NCBI GenBank assembly: GCA_016699955.1
Contig: CP064993.1
Location: forward strand, 750,001-782,000
Direction: 5' to 3'
Source: Candidatus Saccharimonadota bacterium
GTDB lineage: Bacteria; Patescibacteriota; Saccharimonadia; Saccharimonadales; UBA4665
Length of the DNA stretch: 32,000 bases
Of the stretch, positions 7,838-17,226 are shown in pieces. The position numbers and the translations under genes were made by a program. Each line of letters opens with the position of its first letter. Within the stretch, counting starts at the first letter, position 1. The notes under the pieces were generated by a model, which was given only the letters and a program-made list of their open reading frames with translations, made no database searches and had not been told where the DNA came from.

Positions 7838-9337
7838 ATGGATTTTCTTGATCCCAGAAAGGAACGGCTAAATCGTATTGTGCTCATTGCGAGCTACGGT
7901 CTTATTGCCGTTGCTATTGCCCTCACAAGCTGGATGTTGCTGTATCAAACCGACGGATATTGTTTGGGTCGAGATGGCAAGGTCGATCGGTGTGGTCTTG
8001 TGTTTGTTTCGAGTCAACCAGATGGCGCAACGGTGCATATTGACGATAAAGTGCAAAAATTTACCACAAATGGCAAGGTAAATCTAAAGAGTGGAACATA
8101 TAACATCCGGTTGAGCCGCTCTGGCTATCACGACTGGAGCCGAAGCGTGACTGTGGCGGGCGGCGATGTCCAGAGGTTTGATTACCCGCTACTCTATCCT
8201 GTGAACCTCAAGTCGAAATCGATTGCGACCTTGGGCAGCTCGGCATCTTTTGTGACGCAGAGCCCAAATCGTCGTTGGGTGGTGGTTGCTGAGATTGCAC
8301 AACCAGCTCAACTGAAAGTATTTGACCTACGAAATTCAGAACAACCAAGCAGCGTGACGATCCAGCTGCCGACAACGGTGATAAGCTCGTCCGAGTCAGT
8401 GCAATCTTGGAATGTCGTGGAATGGTCCAGCGACGGGCGGCACATTTTGACGCAGAGGTCTTACACGGCCGCGGGTACTCAGGCACAGGAATATCTCCTA
8501 CTTGATCGCCAGGACGGCACTGCAGCAAGGAATATCACCAAGGAGTTGAGTCTGGCACCTGCTGAGCAAGTGCGGCTTTTTGATAAGAAGCAGAATCTAT
8601 TTTATGTATATAACACCGAAACAAAGGTTTTGCGGACGCTTGCGCTGAACGGTAGTCCTCCCGCGACACTACAACTGCAACGGGTGCTGGCGTATAAAAC
8701 CTATGAAGACAACACTATTTTATACGTGACCGACACGCCGCTGGGGAGCCAAGCGACACCGGGTTTTGTTTGGGTTGTTTTGCAACAAGGTACGCGTAGC
8801 GGTGTGCTGAAGCGTTTGCCGACTGCGAGCCGGTACTTACTTGATATTGCCCAGTACGACGGTAAATGGTACGTTGTTCTAGGCTCAGACGCATCAAAAG
8901 GTGTATATACGTACCTTAATCCACTTGACGCTGTGCTTGCAAAAGCATCAGATATGCCAGCTCCGTTTCGTTTTTTGAAGCTACCTTCCCCGCAGTATGT
9001 ATCTTTTTCGGCAAATGCACAGTTTATTTTGGTTGGAAACGGCTTGAGACACACCGTGTATGACCTGGAGTACCAGGCAGTTTACCACTATATAAAAACT
9101 GCCCCCTTTGACGCATCTCAGGCACAAGCTGTGTGGATGGATGGTCATAGACTGACATACATCTCCGATGGAAAAGTTGTGGCATATGATTACGATAATC
9201 TTAACGAGCATGTGTTGCACGCGGCGCTCCCGCAGTACGGTGTGTTTTTTGCTCCTGACTTTGAGCATAGCTACGCGGTAACTCAGGTCGCAGGTGAACT
9301 GCCAAAACTGACACAGACTGCTCTAATCGTACCTTAG
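7838..9337 (+). CDS. PEGA domain membrane-anchored protein with a large beta-rich C-terminal region
   Basis: N-terminal TM, then a PEGA-like segment (VFVSSQPDGATVHIDD...YNIRLSRSGYHDWSRSVTV). The long C-terminal region is not assigned. Confidence 0.85.
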   Translation: MDFLDPRKERLNRIVLIASYGLIAVAIALTSWMLLYQTDGYCLGRDGKVDRCGLVFVSSQPDGATVHIDDKVQKFTTNGKVNLKSGTYNIRLSRSGYHDWSRSVTVAGGDVQRFDYPLLYPVNLKSKSIATLGSSASFVTQSPNRRWVVVAEIAQPAQLKVFDLRNSEQPSSVTIQLPTTVISSSESVQSWNVVEWSSDGRHILTQRSYTAAGTQAQEYLLLDRQDGTAARNITKELSLAPAEQVRLFDKKQNLFYVYNTETKVLRTLALNGSPPATLQLQRVLAYKTYEDNTILYVTDTPLGSQATPGFVWVVLQQGTRSGVLKRLPTASRYLLDIAQYDGKWYVVLGSDASKGVYTYLNPLDAVLAKASDMPAPFRFLKLPSPQYVSFSANAQFILVGNGLRHTVYDLEYQAVYHYIKTAPFDASQAQAVWMDGHRLTYISDGKVVAYDYDNLNEHVLHAALPQYGVFFAPDFEHSYAVTQVAGELPKLTQTALIVP

Positions 9338-9340
9338 CCA

Positions 9341-9427
9341 CACTCGGTATAAGCGTCGAATTCTAGAGGGGCAGGCTCGCCCGTGGCTGAAGGCGTTAAC
9401 AGGGTTATTTACACCGAGCTATGGTTA
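9341..9427 (+). repeat. intergenic repeat family, copy B (short form with degenerate 5' hairpin module)
   Basis: ctagaggggcaggctcgcccg (9363-9383) differs at 1 of 21 positions from copy D. Also has ggctgaaggcgttaacagggtta and ttacaccgagctatgg (9409-9424). Lies between convergent genes. Confidence 0.7.
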
Positions 9428-9438
9428 CCTGAGTGTTG

Positions 9439-10800
9439 CTACCGCCAAAACTCAATACTTCGCCACATACGAGTCCAGAGCGTGGGGCCATTGCTTGTGA
9501 TTTGCACGGGCTCTGGTACAGCGGGCAAAGTGCCTGGTGTAGTGTTGGAGGCTACGTTCGGGCTAATTTGCTTGCCCCAAACAACTAGTCGGTTAGTACT
9601 GAAACCAGGCGGATCGCACGTAATAAGAACTGCCGTCGCTTGTTCTCCCTTAGTGTCGCCTAGAACACTTACTTGTGAAGGCGGAACGATTTCTTTTGCA
9701 AATACTTGGTAGCCGTATACTTTTCCTTGGTAGGTTACGTAAAAAATATCACCAGTGGTAAGCTCACGGAGTCGTACAAACGCAAATTTGTACTTGCCGC
9801 TGTTTAAAAGGTTCTGGCTTGAATGTCCAAAGTATGCACCGTTGCCGTTTTGACCGGGTTTTACGGTGCTGGAATAGTGCACGATGCCGTTTTCCAGAGA
9901 ACTCTGTATTGTCGATTCGTCAGTGGTAGTGAGGTTGAAGTCTATCGGGATTTGAATATTTATTTTCGGTACAATTACTGTTGGATTCGCGGCTTGGTCG
10001 GCGGATATGTTGCTGACAATTATGGGCATGCTACTGACTTTACTGCTCGGCTGGATAAACGGCGTGATGATGTACTCGTTAAAAAAACCAAACAACAGAA
10101 ATAAAAGCATGATAGCTCCAACACCCAGACCGAATAGGAGTGACTGAATGTGGTGGCGTGCCTCTAGTCTGCCCCCTGCACTCACTTTCTGTTGAATCTT
10201 CTGCTTTATGTGTCGTGTTTTTTCCGCTGTCCGTGAGTCGGCAACTCGGCGACCTACTTTGGTTTTGCGAATGAGCTCACCAGTTTTTTTAGCGGCACCA
10301 GACTTTCGTTTTTTTCTTTTCGTTTTTGGGGGCAACACTGTTCTGGGGGTGGAAAGATCCCCCACCATTACGCCGTTCAGGGCAGTTGCGTTCTGGTCAG
10401 GCACGTACGGAGTCTGGGCGGCATTAATGACGCGGGGCTCTATTTGTGCGCGCGATTGAACTGGTTGTTGCTTCTGGAATAGCTTTTGGTACGGTGTATA
10501 CTCGTTTGCGGCATAAAATTCATCCCATACCTCACGTTTTTCGTCATCTGGTAGCTGTGTATAGTAGTGATGCCACTCTGTCTGCACTTCGGCAAGATTT
10601 TTTCCTGCCTCGGCGAGCTGTTTCATAAAAAGCTGGTGTTTGCTTGGAGCCCGATCATGCTTTGCTTTAACTAGTTCTTCGCTCGCTGACGGCTCTTGGC
10701 CATATGCGCGGGAAACCTTTTGCCGTATGAGCTCCACGGCAGCGCTGTCGGCCGGTTCAGGTCGGAGGGGGTTGTCAGGAAAAATTGGGTGTGTGCTCAT
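9439..10800 (-). CDS. sortase family transpeptidase with about 230-aa N-terminal tail and one TM
   Basis: C-terminal domain has sortase-type His (AYFGHSS), Cys (VLITCDPP) and Arg (NRLVVWG). TM segment LLFGLGVGAIMLLFLLFGFF. Confidence 0.85.
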   Translation of the reverse strand: MSTHPIFPDNPLRPEPADSAAVELIRQKVSRAYGQEPSASEELVKAKHDRAPSKHQLFMKQLAEAGKNLAEVQTEWHHYYTQLPDDEKREVWDEFYAANEYTPYQKLFQKQQPVQSRAQIEPRVINAAQTPYVPDQNATALNGVMVGDLSTPRTVLPPKTKRKKRKSGAAKKTGELIRKTKVGRRVADSRTAEKTRHIKQKIQQKVSAGGRLEARHHIQSLLFGLGVGAIMLLFLLFGFFNEYIITPFIQPSSKVSSMPIIVSNISADQAANPTVIVPKINIQIPIDFNLTTTDESTIQSSLENGIVHYSSTVKPGQNGNGAYFGHSSQNLLNSGKYKFAFVRLRELTTGDIFYVTYQGKVYGYQVFAKEIVPPSQVSVLGDTKGEQATAVLITCDPPGFSTNRLVVWGKQISPNVASNTTPGTLPAVPEPVQITSNGPTLWTRMWRSIEFWR

Positions 10801-10964
10801 ATGCGTCTATACGCTAGCAGACCACCGCCCACTCGCGTTTCATACATAAGTATAGTACAATACACCCCTGGTGACTATGGGTAATCTCCATAGTTATTGC
10901 GCGCAAAGCGAGTAGTGCAACTAGTATATAAACATCACTTTGTTCATTGAAAAATAAATGTGCT

Positions 10965-11051
10965 GCCGCAGTGGTGGAATTGGTAGACACGCTAGACTCA
11001 AAATCTTGTGTCCTTACGGACGTGCCGGTTCAAGTCCGGCCTGCGGCACCA
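10965..11051 (+). tRNA. tRNA-Leu (anticodon CAA), class II with long variable arm, encoded CCA
   Basis: Acceptor GCCGCAG / CTGCGGC; anticodon loop CTCAAAA; T arm GCCGG-TTCAAGT-CCGGC; discriminator A followed by CCA. Close to canonical bacterial tRNA-Leu. Confidence 0.92.
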
Positions 11052-11139
11052 CATTAATTTTTCAAACAATCGTGCCTATCGCACCAGGCCAGCTTACTTA
11101 CGCCCGGCAGGGGTTTGTTTGAGTAAGGAAAAGGTTTTC

Positions 11140-11406
11140 TTATACCGATTTTAAGCCCGTAACAATGGCGATTCCAAGCGTATTGAAAATAATGTCAGAA
11201 AGAGAGTTTCGCCAGCTTTCGTAGCCGAAGAGAGTGCCACGTTTTGCCAGTAAGGGCGAAACCACAAAAATCTCAAGCGGTTCCCAAAGCGTGACGATAA
11301 CAAGCGCCGGCAAAGGCCCGATTAGCCAAGCGAGCGCTCCACTGCTAACTACATGTACGAAACTCCATACGTCAACAAGTTTGTCATTGCGTTTGTGTTT
11401 CTTCAT
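11140..11406 (-). CDS. small integral membrane protein (88 aa), hypothetical
   Basis: ORF track. Three hydrophobic segments. TATACT box 7 nt upstream of the ATG. Confidence 0.6.
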   Translation of the reverse strand: MKKHKRNDKLVDVWSFVHVVSSGALAWLIGPLPALVIVTLWEPLEIFVVSPLLAKRGTLFGYESWRNSLSDIIFNTLGIAIVTGLKSV

Positions 11407-11413
11407 TGCTCAA

Positions 11414-11419
11414 AGTATA
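11414..11419 (-). promoter_or_regulatory. candidate -10 box TATACT, 7 nt upstream of ATG 11406 (leaderless architecture)
   Basis: Plus-strand agtata at 11414-11419. The ATG is at 11404-11406. Confidence 0.45.
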
Positions 11420-11544
11420 ACAAAAAATGAAGCTCTGGCGCTACGTTACGCGGCAGCTGCGAGCAAACAGACGCCTGACATAGCTCTTATCCGAGAAGGT
11501 CCGTGTTTTGTTAGGGCTTGAAGAAAGGGGCCGCCCCCTCCTTA

Positions 11545-12256
<712 letters not shown>

Positions 12257-12293
12257 TTCACTATATCTTTTATGCTTCGCTTTGTAATGTGAT

Positions 12294-13088
12294 TTATGAC
12301 ACTAGGGTAGTGGTTATGGCTTCAAATGCTTTCGTCGGGTTTTGGAGCCACCAAGTGGCGGCCGAGGCTGCCGTGGTGACGCGCCAGATGGGTTTGTCGG
12401 TGGAGGCTGGTGTTGTACTAATATGCCCAGCTACGGCTACCACATCATGATTTTGGTTACGGATGATGAGGTGAAGGTTAGGGTACATGCTGGTAAGGTC
12501 GTGCAGTAGTTCTACCAGCTGTACTGTGCCGAGGTCGCTCGTAAAAGCGCTGGGCAGTTTTAATGAATGGCCTAGTTTCTGGAGCTGTCCCATACTGAGC
12601 ACGAGTAGCGTGCTTGCCCGCGATATTATGCCGTGTGACTGTGAGCAAAAGAAGTCGGCCGCGTCTTTCGTGATGGTTAGCTGCCCCGTGTATTTGCCCG
12701 CAAAGTTTTCAAGCATGGCAGTTGTTTCGCTATTTCTGCCAAGGTCTCCCGCGATGAGTGTCCCGCCTGCCCACTGCCCTGCCGCCAGTACTTCGGCGAG
12801 TGCTTGCATGGCGAACCCGCCGCTGGGGTTGCTCGGTGCAAATTCTGCCGCTGGAAATAGTTTACCGATGGTTTTTTCGAGACAGTCAGGTAACAGAACT
12901 CGGACGCTACCTATGCCCGCTTTTTCAGCTGCTGCATATGCCTCGGCGACGGCTGCAAAACTTTGGGCGTGCCCGCCGACTATTAGAAGCTTACCGGCGG
13001 CACTTTTTAACTCGGGTCGTGCCCACAACAGATCAGGAAACAACGCTTTTTCGTCTTGTTTTAACCAGTATGGTTGATTCATAATCAT
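12294..13088 (-). CDS. YjeF C-terminal / NAD(P)HX-dehydratase-like (carbohydrate-kinase fold) protein with diverged motifs
   Basis: Matches the family layout: LLIVGGHAQSFAAVAEAYAAAEKAGIGSVRVLLP, IAGDLGRN, LTITKDAADFF. I could not find the C-terminal GxGD motif typical of the family. Confidence 0.5.
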   Translation of the reverse strand: MIMNQPYWLKQDEKALFPDLLWARPELKSAAGKLLIVGGHAQSFAAVAEAYAAAEKAGIGSVRVLLPDCLEKTIGKLFPAAEFAPSNPSGGFAMQALAEVLAAGQWAGGTLIAGDLGRNSETTAMLENFAGKYTGQLTITKDAADFFCSQSHGIISRASTLLVLSMGQLQKLGHSLKLPSAFTSDLGTVQLVELLHDLTSMYPNLHLIIRNQNHDVVAVAGHISTTPASTDKPIWRVTTAASAATWWLQNPTKAFEAITTTLVS

Positions 13089-13114
13089 AATTTACCCTTA
13101 ATTTAGTGCCCTGG

Positions 13115-13987
13115 TCATAGTTCGTAGACGACGTTTTTGCGCTCGACTATGATCGGCCAGTTGCGTTTTTTAGCCGCTCGGTAAAGGTTTTGGTCCGGGC
13201 TGAAAGCGATGGGGTGCGTTACGGCTTCAAGGAGCGAAATATCGCTGGCACTATCGCCAACCGCGTAGCTTTCATCGTACGTCGCACCGTGTTTCTCGAT
13301 GAGTGAATCGAGGGCGGATTTTTTATTAAATATAGGCGTTGCATATTTACCTGTGAACTGTCCGTTTAGCCGTTCAAACGTTCCACTTATGGCATCATCG
13401 AAGCCATGATGTTTTGCCAGCAGTTCAATGACTTCCTGGGGTGAGCCGCTGATTGCGAAAAGTAAATATCCCTTTGTTTTTAGCTCAGTCACTAGGTTGC
13501 GTGTGTACGTGAAGGTCTGGTCTTTGTATTCGTCAAATACCTCCTCTGCTACTTGGTCATACACTGCTGGGTCAATATGCGGCAGCGCGGTTTTGAGCCG
13601 TTCAACAACCTCGTTCTCATAAATGTGAAACCCTTCGGTGTCGTGGCGGTTTTTCCACTCCATGCGGGCGGCATTGATTGCCTCAAAATCACCCGGTCCA
13701 AGTTGCCCCACCTTCCCAAGTTTGTGTACCACAGCATGGTACAGCTGCCATCGGATGAGTGTGCCGTCTATGTCAAACACTGCAAACTTTCGAAGTTCAT
13801 GTCGGCTTGCCTGCTTGTCAGCCGAGCCGCCAACTCCGCTAGTTATTTCGTCTTTTGCACGTTTTGCACCGGTGATTCTTCTCTCGCCGTGCCTTTGAAA
13901 GACTTCGTTAGTCGTTGTGCTAGAAAACAGCCATGAGCTCGAAGCATGAACCTCGCTTGTGTCAGCTTCGTGGCACTGTTTACTCAT
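13115..13987 (-). CDS. HAD-IB family hydrolase (SerB-like phosphatase)
   Basis: Motif I FDIDGTL; C-terminal GDSASD motif. Start set at ATG 13987, which forms an ATGA overlap with the upstream stop. The track start is 14017. Confidence 0.85.
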   Translation of the reverse strand: MSKQCHEADTSEVHASSSWLFSSTTTNEVFQRHGERRITGAKRAKDEITSGVGGSADKQASRHELRKFAVFDIDGTLIRWQLYHAVVHKLGKVGQLGPGDFEAINAARMEWKNRHDTEGFHIYENEVVERLKTALPHIDPAVYDQVAEEVFDEYKDQTFTYTRNLVTELKTKGYLLFAISGSPQEVIELLAKHHGFDDAISGTFERLNGQFTGKYATPIFNKKSALDSLIEKHGATYDESYAVGDSASDISLLEAVTHPIAFSPDQNLYRAAKKRNWPIIVERKNVVYEL

Positions 13988-14721
13988 TTTAAAAGCTCTT
14001 TTACGTGCTTTAAACATTCCTCGGCGAGGGCGCGTGCGTCGGCTTGAGTGGTTACGATTTCACCGCGGATGGCAGCATCAACAGATACAGCTGCCACTTG
14101 GATGTGGTCCGAGGGGTTGATAATCCACGAGTGATTGGTTGCGGCTTGAGCTAGTGACCAGCTGAGGCTATCGATAGCTTCTTGGAATCTGGCCTTACGG
14201 TCGAAGTTGCCAACTGGGAATCGTTCCTCGACACGGTCTATCCAAACAGCAGGATCAGTTACAACCGAAAAGACGCGTAGCGTTCCAAACCCAAGCTGCC
14301 GGAAACCATCGATGGAGCTGGAAAATATGTCGCCGAGATTATAGCGGTGAGGGTAATCATCGATTTCGCTACCGTACATGATGAGCGTGTAAGGGTTAAT
14401 GTTATGCTGGAGGTTTTCGTGTCGGGCGATGCGCTCGAAGATTGGCCGCAACCCTTCGTCAGTGTGCGGGTAGTAATAATAGCGTTTTGGGTCATCATCT
14501 GCTCGTGGTGAGCGGGTTGTGAAATTACGTGTTTTACCATACGAAAGGGGGTTGAGTGCGACGAGTGTATCCATTAGCGTGGTCTTACCCATACAGGTCG
14601 CTCCTACAAAACAGGTATAATCTATGTGTTTCAGTCGTGCCAGCACGGCACTGTTCGGTTTGTACGTCGGTTGCTCAGCCAGGAGCTTGCGCAGTAGCGC
14701 CTCTGTTTTCGCAGAAATCAT
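13984..14721 (-). CDS. P-loop NTPase, guanylate-kinase-like
   Basis: Walker A GATCMGKTT, followed by a guanylate-kinase-like TTRSPR ... YYYY ... YG spacing. About 90 extra C-terminal residues. Confidence 0.55.
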   Translation of the reverse strand: MISAKTEALLRKLLAEQPTYKPNSAVLARLKHIDYTCFVGATCMGKTTLMDTLVALNPLSYGKTRNFTTRSPRADDDPKRYYYYPHTDEGLRPIFERIARHENLQHNINPYTLIMYGSEIDDYPHRYNLGDIFSSSIDGFRQLGFGTLRVFSVVTDPAVWIDRVEERFPVGNFDRKARFQEAIDSLSWSLAQAATNHSWIINPSDHIQVAAVSVDAAIRGEIVTTQADARALAEECLKHVKELLK

Positions 14722-14728
14722 ATATATT

Positions 14729-14734
14729 ATTCTA
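14729..14734 (-). promoter_or_regulatory. candidate -10 box TAGAAT, 7 nt upstream of ATG 14721 (leaderless architecture)
   Basis: Plus-strand attcta at 14729-14734. The ATG is at 14719-14721. The palindrome at 14765-14792 lies 30 nt further upstream. Confidence 0.45.
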
Positions 14735-14764
14735 CCCTTTCGCCTCTGAACACTACAACTCAGT

Positions 14765-14792
14765 TTTAGATTGTCCGGCCGGACAATCTAAA
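14765..14792. repeat. 28-bp perfect palindrome TTTAGATTGTCCGG/CCGGACAATCTAAA (copy 1 of 2)
   Basis: Read directly. The same 28-mer occurs at 19331-19358. Confidence 0.95.
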
Positions 14793-14797
14793 TGATA

Positions 14798-14863
<66 letters not shown>

Positions 14864-14866
14864 GGT

Positions 14867-15436
14867 TTAGGTTGTGGGTTTTGGCGGTTGTAGAGCATTT
14901 ATGAGGTCGAGGTAGCGGTCGGGGTTGCGCCAGCAATCGTCGTGATCACCGCTCATGAAAACAATTTCTTCGAGCGGCAATGATTCCGGCCGATACCACG
15001 AGCGGTCATCACCTTGAGTTATGACTGCTTTGCCAGCAAAACGAACTGGAAGGTAGTCTGGCCGGCGAATCCGTCGGTACATACGCCAAGCGGGCAGTGG
15101 ACGCAAGAAAAAGTATACGGCGTTCCACCAAGTTTTCCAGGCGTAGTATTGCACCTGCCCGTTTCCTAGCACATGCACCAGATCATACCAAACATGCCTG
15201 AGGGCGTTATCGAAGACGTGTCGGCCCGTATTGCACGAGGCATCTATGATGAGGACTTGCTGCCTCACTTTGGGCACGCGTACCAGTAGGTGTGCTCCAG
15301 AGTGGGCAACAATAAGGTTGGCATGTCTTTGGCTTTTGACGACGCGGTAGCCCCTGTCTCTGAGAGCTTGCCTCATCCGATGGCCGTGCCGCGGCCCTTC
15401 CATAAATCCATAGACTATGCACGCGGTTTGCGACAT
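14867..15436 (-). CDS. hypothetical protein (189 aa), possible small alpha/beta serine hydrolase
   Basis: ORF track. Its start overlaps the pip stop (TAATG). Nucleophile-elbow-like IVAHSGA and a C-terminal GDHDD. The functional call is weak. Confidence 0.7.
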   Translation of the reverse strand: MSQTACIVYGFMEGPRHGHRMRQALRDRGYRVVKSQRHANLIVAHSGAHLLVRVPKVRQQVLIIDASCNTGRHVFDNALRHVWYDLVHVLGNGQVQYYAWKTWWNAVYFFLRPLPAWRMYRRIRRPDYLPVRFAGKAVITQGDDRSWYRPESLPLEEIVFMSGDHDDCWRNPDRYLDLINALQPPKPTT

Positions 15437-16359
15437 TATTTTCCTTCGGTCAAGTGCCTGTAGATAAGCCGTTTAACGGAGACAACTTCATGTTCCCCCT
15501 TATGTCCATTAATTACCCAGGTAAGATGAGCAATTGGAGCGATTTTGCTGAGTTCATATGCTGTTTGCGGTGGGCAAACAAAGTCGTAACGGCCTTGGAT
15601 AATGTATAGCGGCATCTTGAGTTTGCCGGCGTTTTTCAGGATGAACCTATCGGGCAAGAAACAGCGGTTTCTCAAATACCGCATTTCGATTAACATTCCC
15701 TCGGGTTCAAAATCTTCAGGATTTGATGGCAAAAAATTATCATCCAAACTCATAATACTGCGTTCAAGCTCCTCGTAAGCATGTGCAGATTTTTTGGTCG
15801 CTGCCTCGTCTGTACCGAGTGCCTGTGCTATGTGGTACGCGCTTGGGTCACCCCAGTATTTTTTGGGTGTTGCGGCTAGGTAGTGCTCCCAAGCATCGGG
15901 AAAATGAGCCCGAAACAAACCTTTGTCTACCCAATCTATTTCGGCCTGCGAGCCGGTGAATACGCCGTCAATGACAATACCTTTGACTCGGCGTGGTTCG
16001 CAGATGGAATAGTAGAGTGCGAGCGTGCTTCCCCATGATCCGCCCGTAATAATGAATTGATCAATTTTCAGGTAGTCGGCAATTTTGGTAATATCTGCGG
16101 CCAGCTCCTGGGTATTGTTGTGGTGCCAGCGTCCGAGCGGTGTGCTTTTACCGCTGCCCCGCTGGTCGTGGAAAATCACGCGCTGCGTGACAGGGTCAAA
16201 TGGCAATTTGTGTTTGTTTTTGCACTGCGCGCCTGGGCCTCCGTGAAGGAAGAATATCGGAGTTTTTGCCTTTTTATTGCCCCAGTCCTGAATGTACAAG
16301 GTGTGTTCGTGGCCGACCTCGAGCATGTGTTCTGCGATTGTATGCTTGTCTGGGGTCAT
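15436..16359 (-). CDS. pip: proline iminopeptidase (S33 alpha/beta hydrolase)
   Basis: HGGPG oxyanion motif, DQRGSGKS, nucleophile motif GGSWGSTLAL. Start set at ATG 16359, 2 nt after the upstream stop. The track start 16536 would overlap the HD gene. Confidence 0.88.
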   Translation of the reverse strand: MTPDKHTIAEHMLEVGHEHTLYIQDWGNKKAKTPIFFLHGGPGAQCKNKHKLPFDPVTQRVIFHDQRGSGKSTPLGRWHHNNTQELAADITKIADYLKIDQFIITGGSWGSTLALYYSICEPRRVKGIVIDGVFTGSQAEIDWVDKGLFRAHFPDAWEHYLAATPKKYWGDPSAYHIAQALGTDEAATKKSAHAYEELERSIMSLDDNFLPSNPEDFEPEGMLIEMRYLRNRCFLPDRFILKNAGKLKMPLYIIQGRYDFVCPPQTAYELSKIAPIAHLTWVINGHKGEHEVVSVKRLIYRHLTEGK

Positions 16360-16361
16360 CA

Positions 16362-16979
16362 CTACTTCTCTGCTGACTTCTTGTCGGGTGGCTTCCAGTC
16401 GCCGCCGTTGACGCGGTTTTTGGGAGAGCCGGCGTGCCAGTGGTCGGGGTCGGTAGACTGAATTTCGTCCCACATGTGTCGGGCGGTTTTGGTGTACAAT
16501 TTTGTATCGGCCACAAGTCGACGATTGAACTGCCAAGTCTTACGAAGAGCATTGCCCTGCATTGCTTGCTCGCAAAGTTCCATGTCGACATCTAGGTTAT
16601 CGGCGTCTTTCACAATTTTCGCTTCCAGACAATCTCGCTTCTCATATTCTTCGAGTAGGCTTAAAAACTCTTCGCCGATGCTCGTGTCATCCATCATATC
16701 TTTGGCTGCGCCTGCCTCGTCCTTTGTAACGTATTGCCTCGATAAATAGTCGACATCCCCTGTACGGCTTTCGGCTATGTCGTGGACGAGTGCCATTTTG
16801 ACAAGCTTGCCGGTGTCTAGTTTGCCACCTTCGCGGGCGGCGATGACGAGCGCAATCCAAGCGACCCGGAAGTGATGGTCAGCGAGGTTTGCAAAATTCT
16901 GGCTATGAAAACGCCGCCACTGCCGATCTATAAGGCGAATAGCCCCCAGCTCATATAAAAAGTCCACATCCCGTTTCAT
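16362..16979 (-). CDS. HD-domain phosphohydrolase, YfbR-like (5'-deoxynucleotidase type)
   Basis: H...HD...D pattern: DHHFRVAW and LVHDIAESRTGDVD. Confidence 0.85.
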   Translation of the reverse strand: MKRDVDFLYELGAIRLIDRQWRRFHSQNFANLADHHFRVAWIALVIAAREGGKLDTGKLVKMALVHDIAESRTGDVDYLSRQYVTKDEAGAAKDMMDDTSIGEEFLSLLEEYEKRDCLEAKIVKDADNLDVDMELCEQAMQGNALRKTWQFNRRLVADTKLYTKTARHMWDEIQSTDPDHWHAGSPKNRVNGGDWKPPDKKSAEK

Positions 16980-16985
16980 GTTACT

Positions 16986-16994
16986 AGAATATCA
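16986..16994 (-). promoter_or_regulatory. candidate extended -10 TGATATTCT, 6 nt upstream of ATG 16979 (leaderless architecture)
   Basis: Plus-strand agaatatca at 16986-16994. The ATG is at 16977-16979. Confidence 0.45.
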
Positions 16995-17026
16995 TTTTGC
17001 GGGCTCAAGAGGTAGCACTCACTTCA

Positions 17027-17161
17027 CCGCCGCGCCAGCCGGCCCGCCGGCGGGGGCGCCCACCCCCCCGGCCCCCTTTAACCCCCCCCCCCCTCCCCCC
17101 CCCCCCCCACCGGCCCCCCCCCCCCCGGGGCCCCCCCCCCCCCCCGGGAAAAAAAAAAAAA
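17027..17161. other. extreme low-complexity C-rich tract ending in A13; probable sequencing or assembly artefact
   Basis: Read directly: runs of C interrupted by G runs, then A13 at 17149-17161. On the minus strand this reads T13 followed by a G-rich tract, the same layout as 11545-12252. Confidence 0.85.
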
Positions 17162-17226
17162 CTCAAAGCGAAACGCGTGATTTAGAGCATTACAGATTAC
17201 GTGTGCTTTCGGTTCGTCTGCTAGGG

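Noticed and set aside
9383-9712. ORF 9383-9712 (+), starting inside repeat copy B
   Set aside because: It is antisense to the conserved sortase catalytic domain.
11427-11483. 18-codon basic micro-ORF (MKLWRYVTRQLRANRRLT) upstream of the T17 run
   Set aside because: It has no SD or leaderless-type promoter, is too short to support, and may be chance.
16274-16591. ORF 16274-16591 (-) and the pip extension up to 16536
   Set aside because: Both overlap the HD-domain gene in other frames. Iminopeptidase homology starts at ATG 16359, 2 nt after the HD gene stop.
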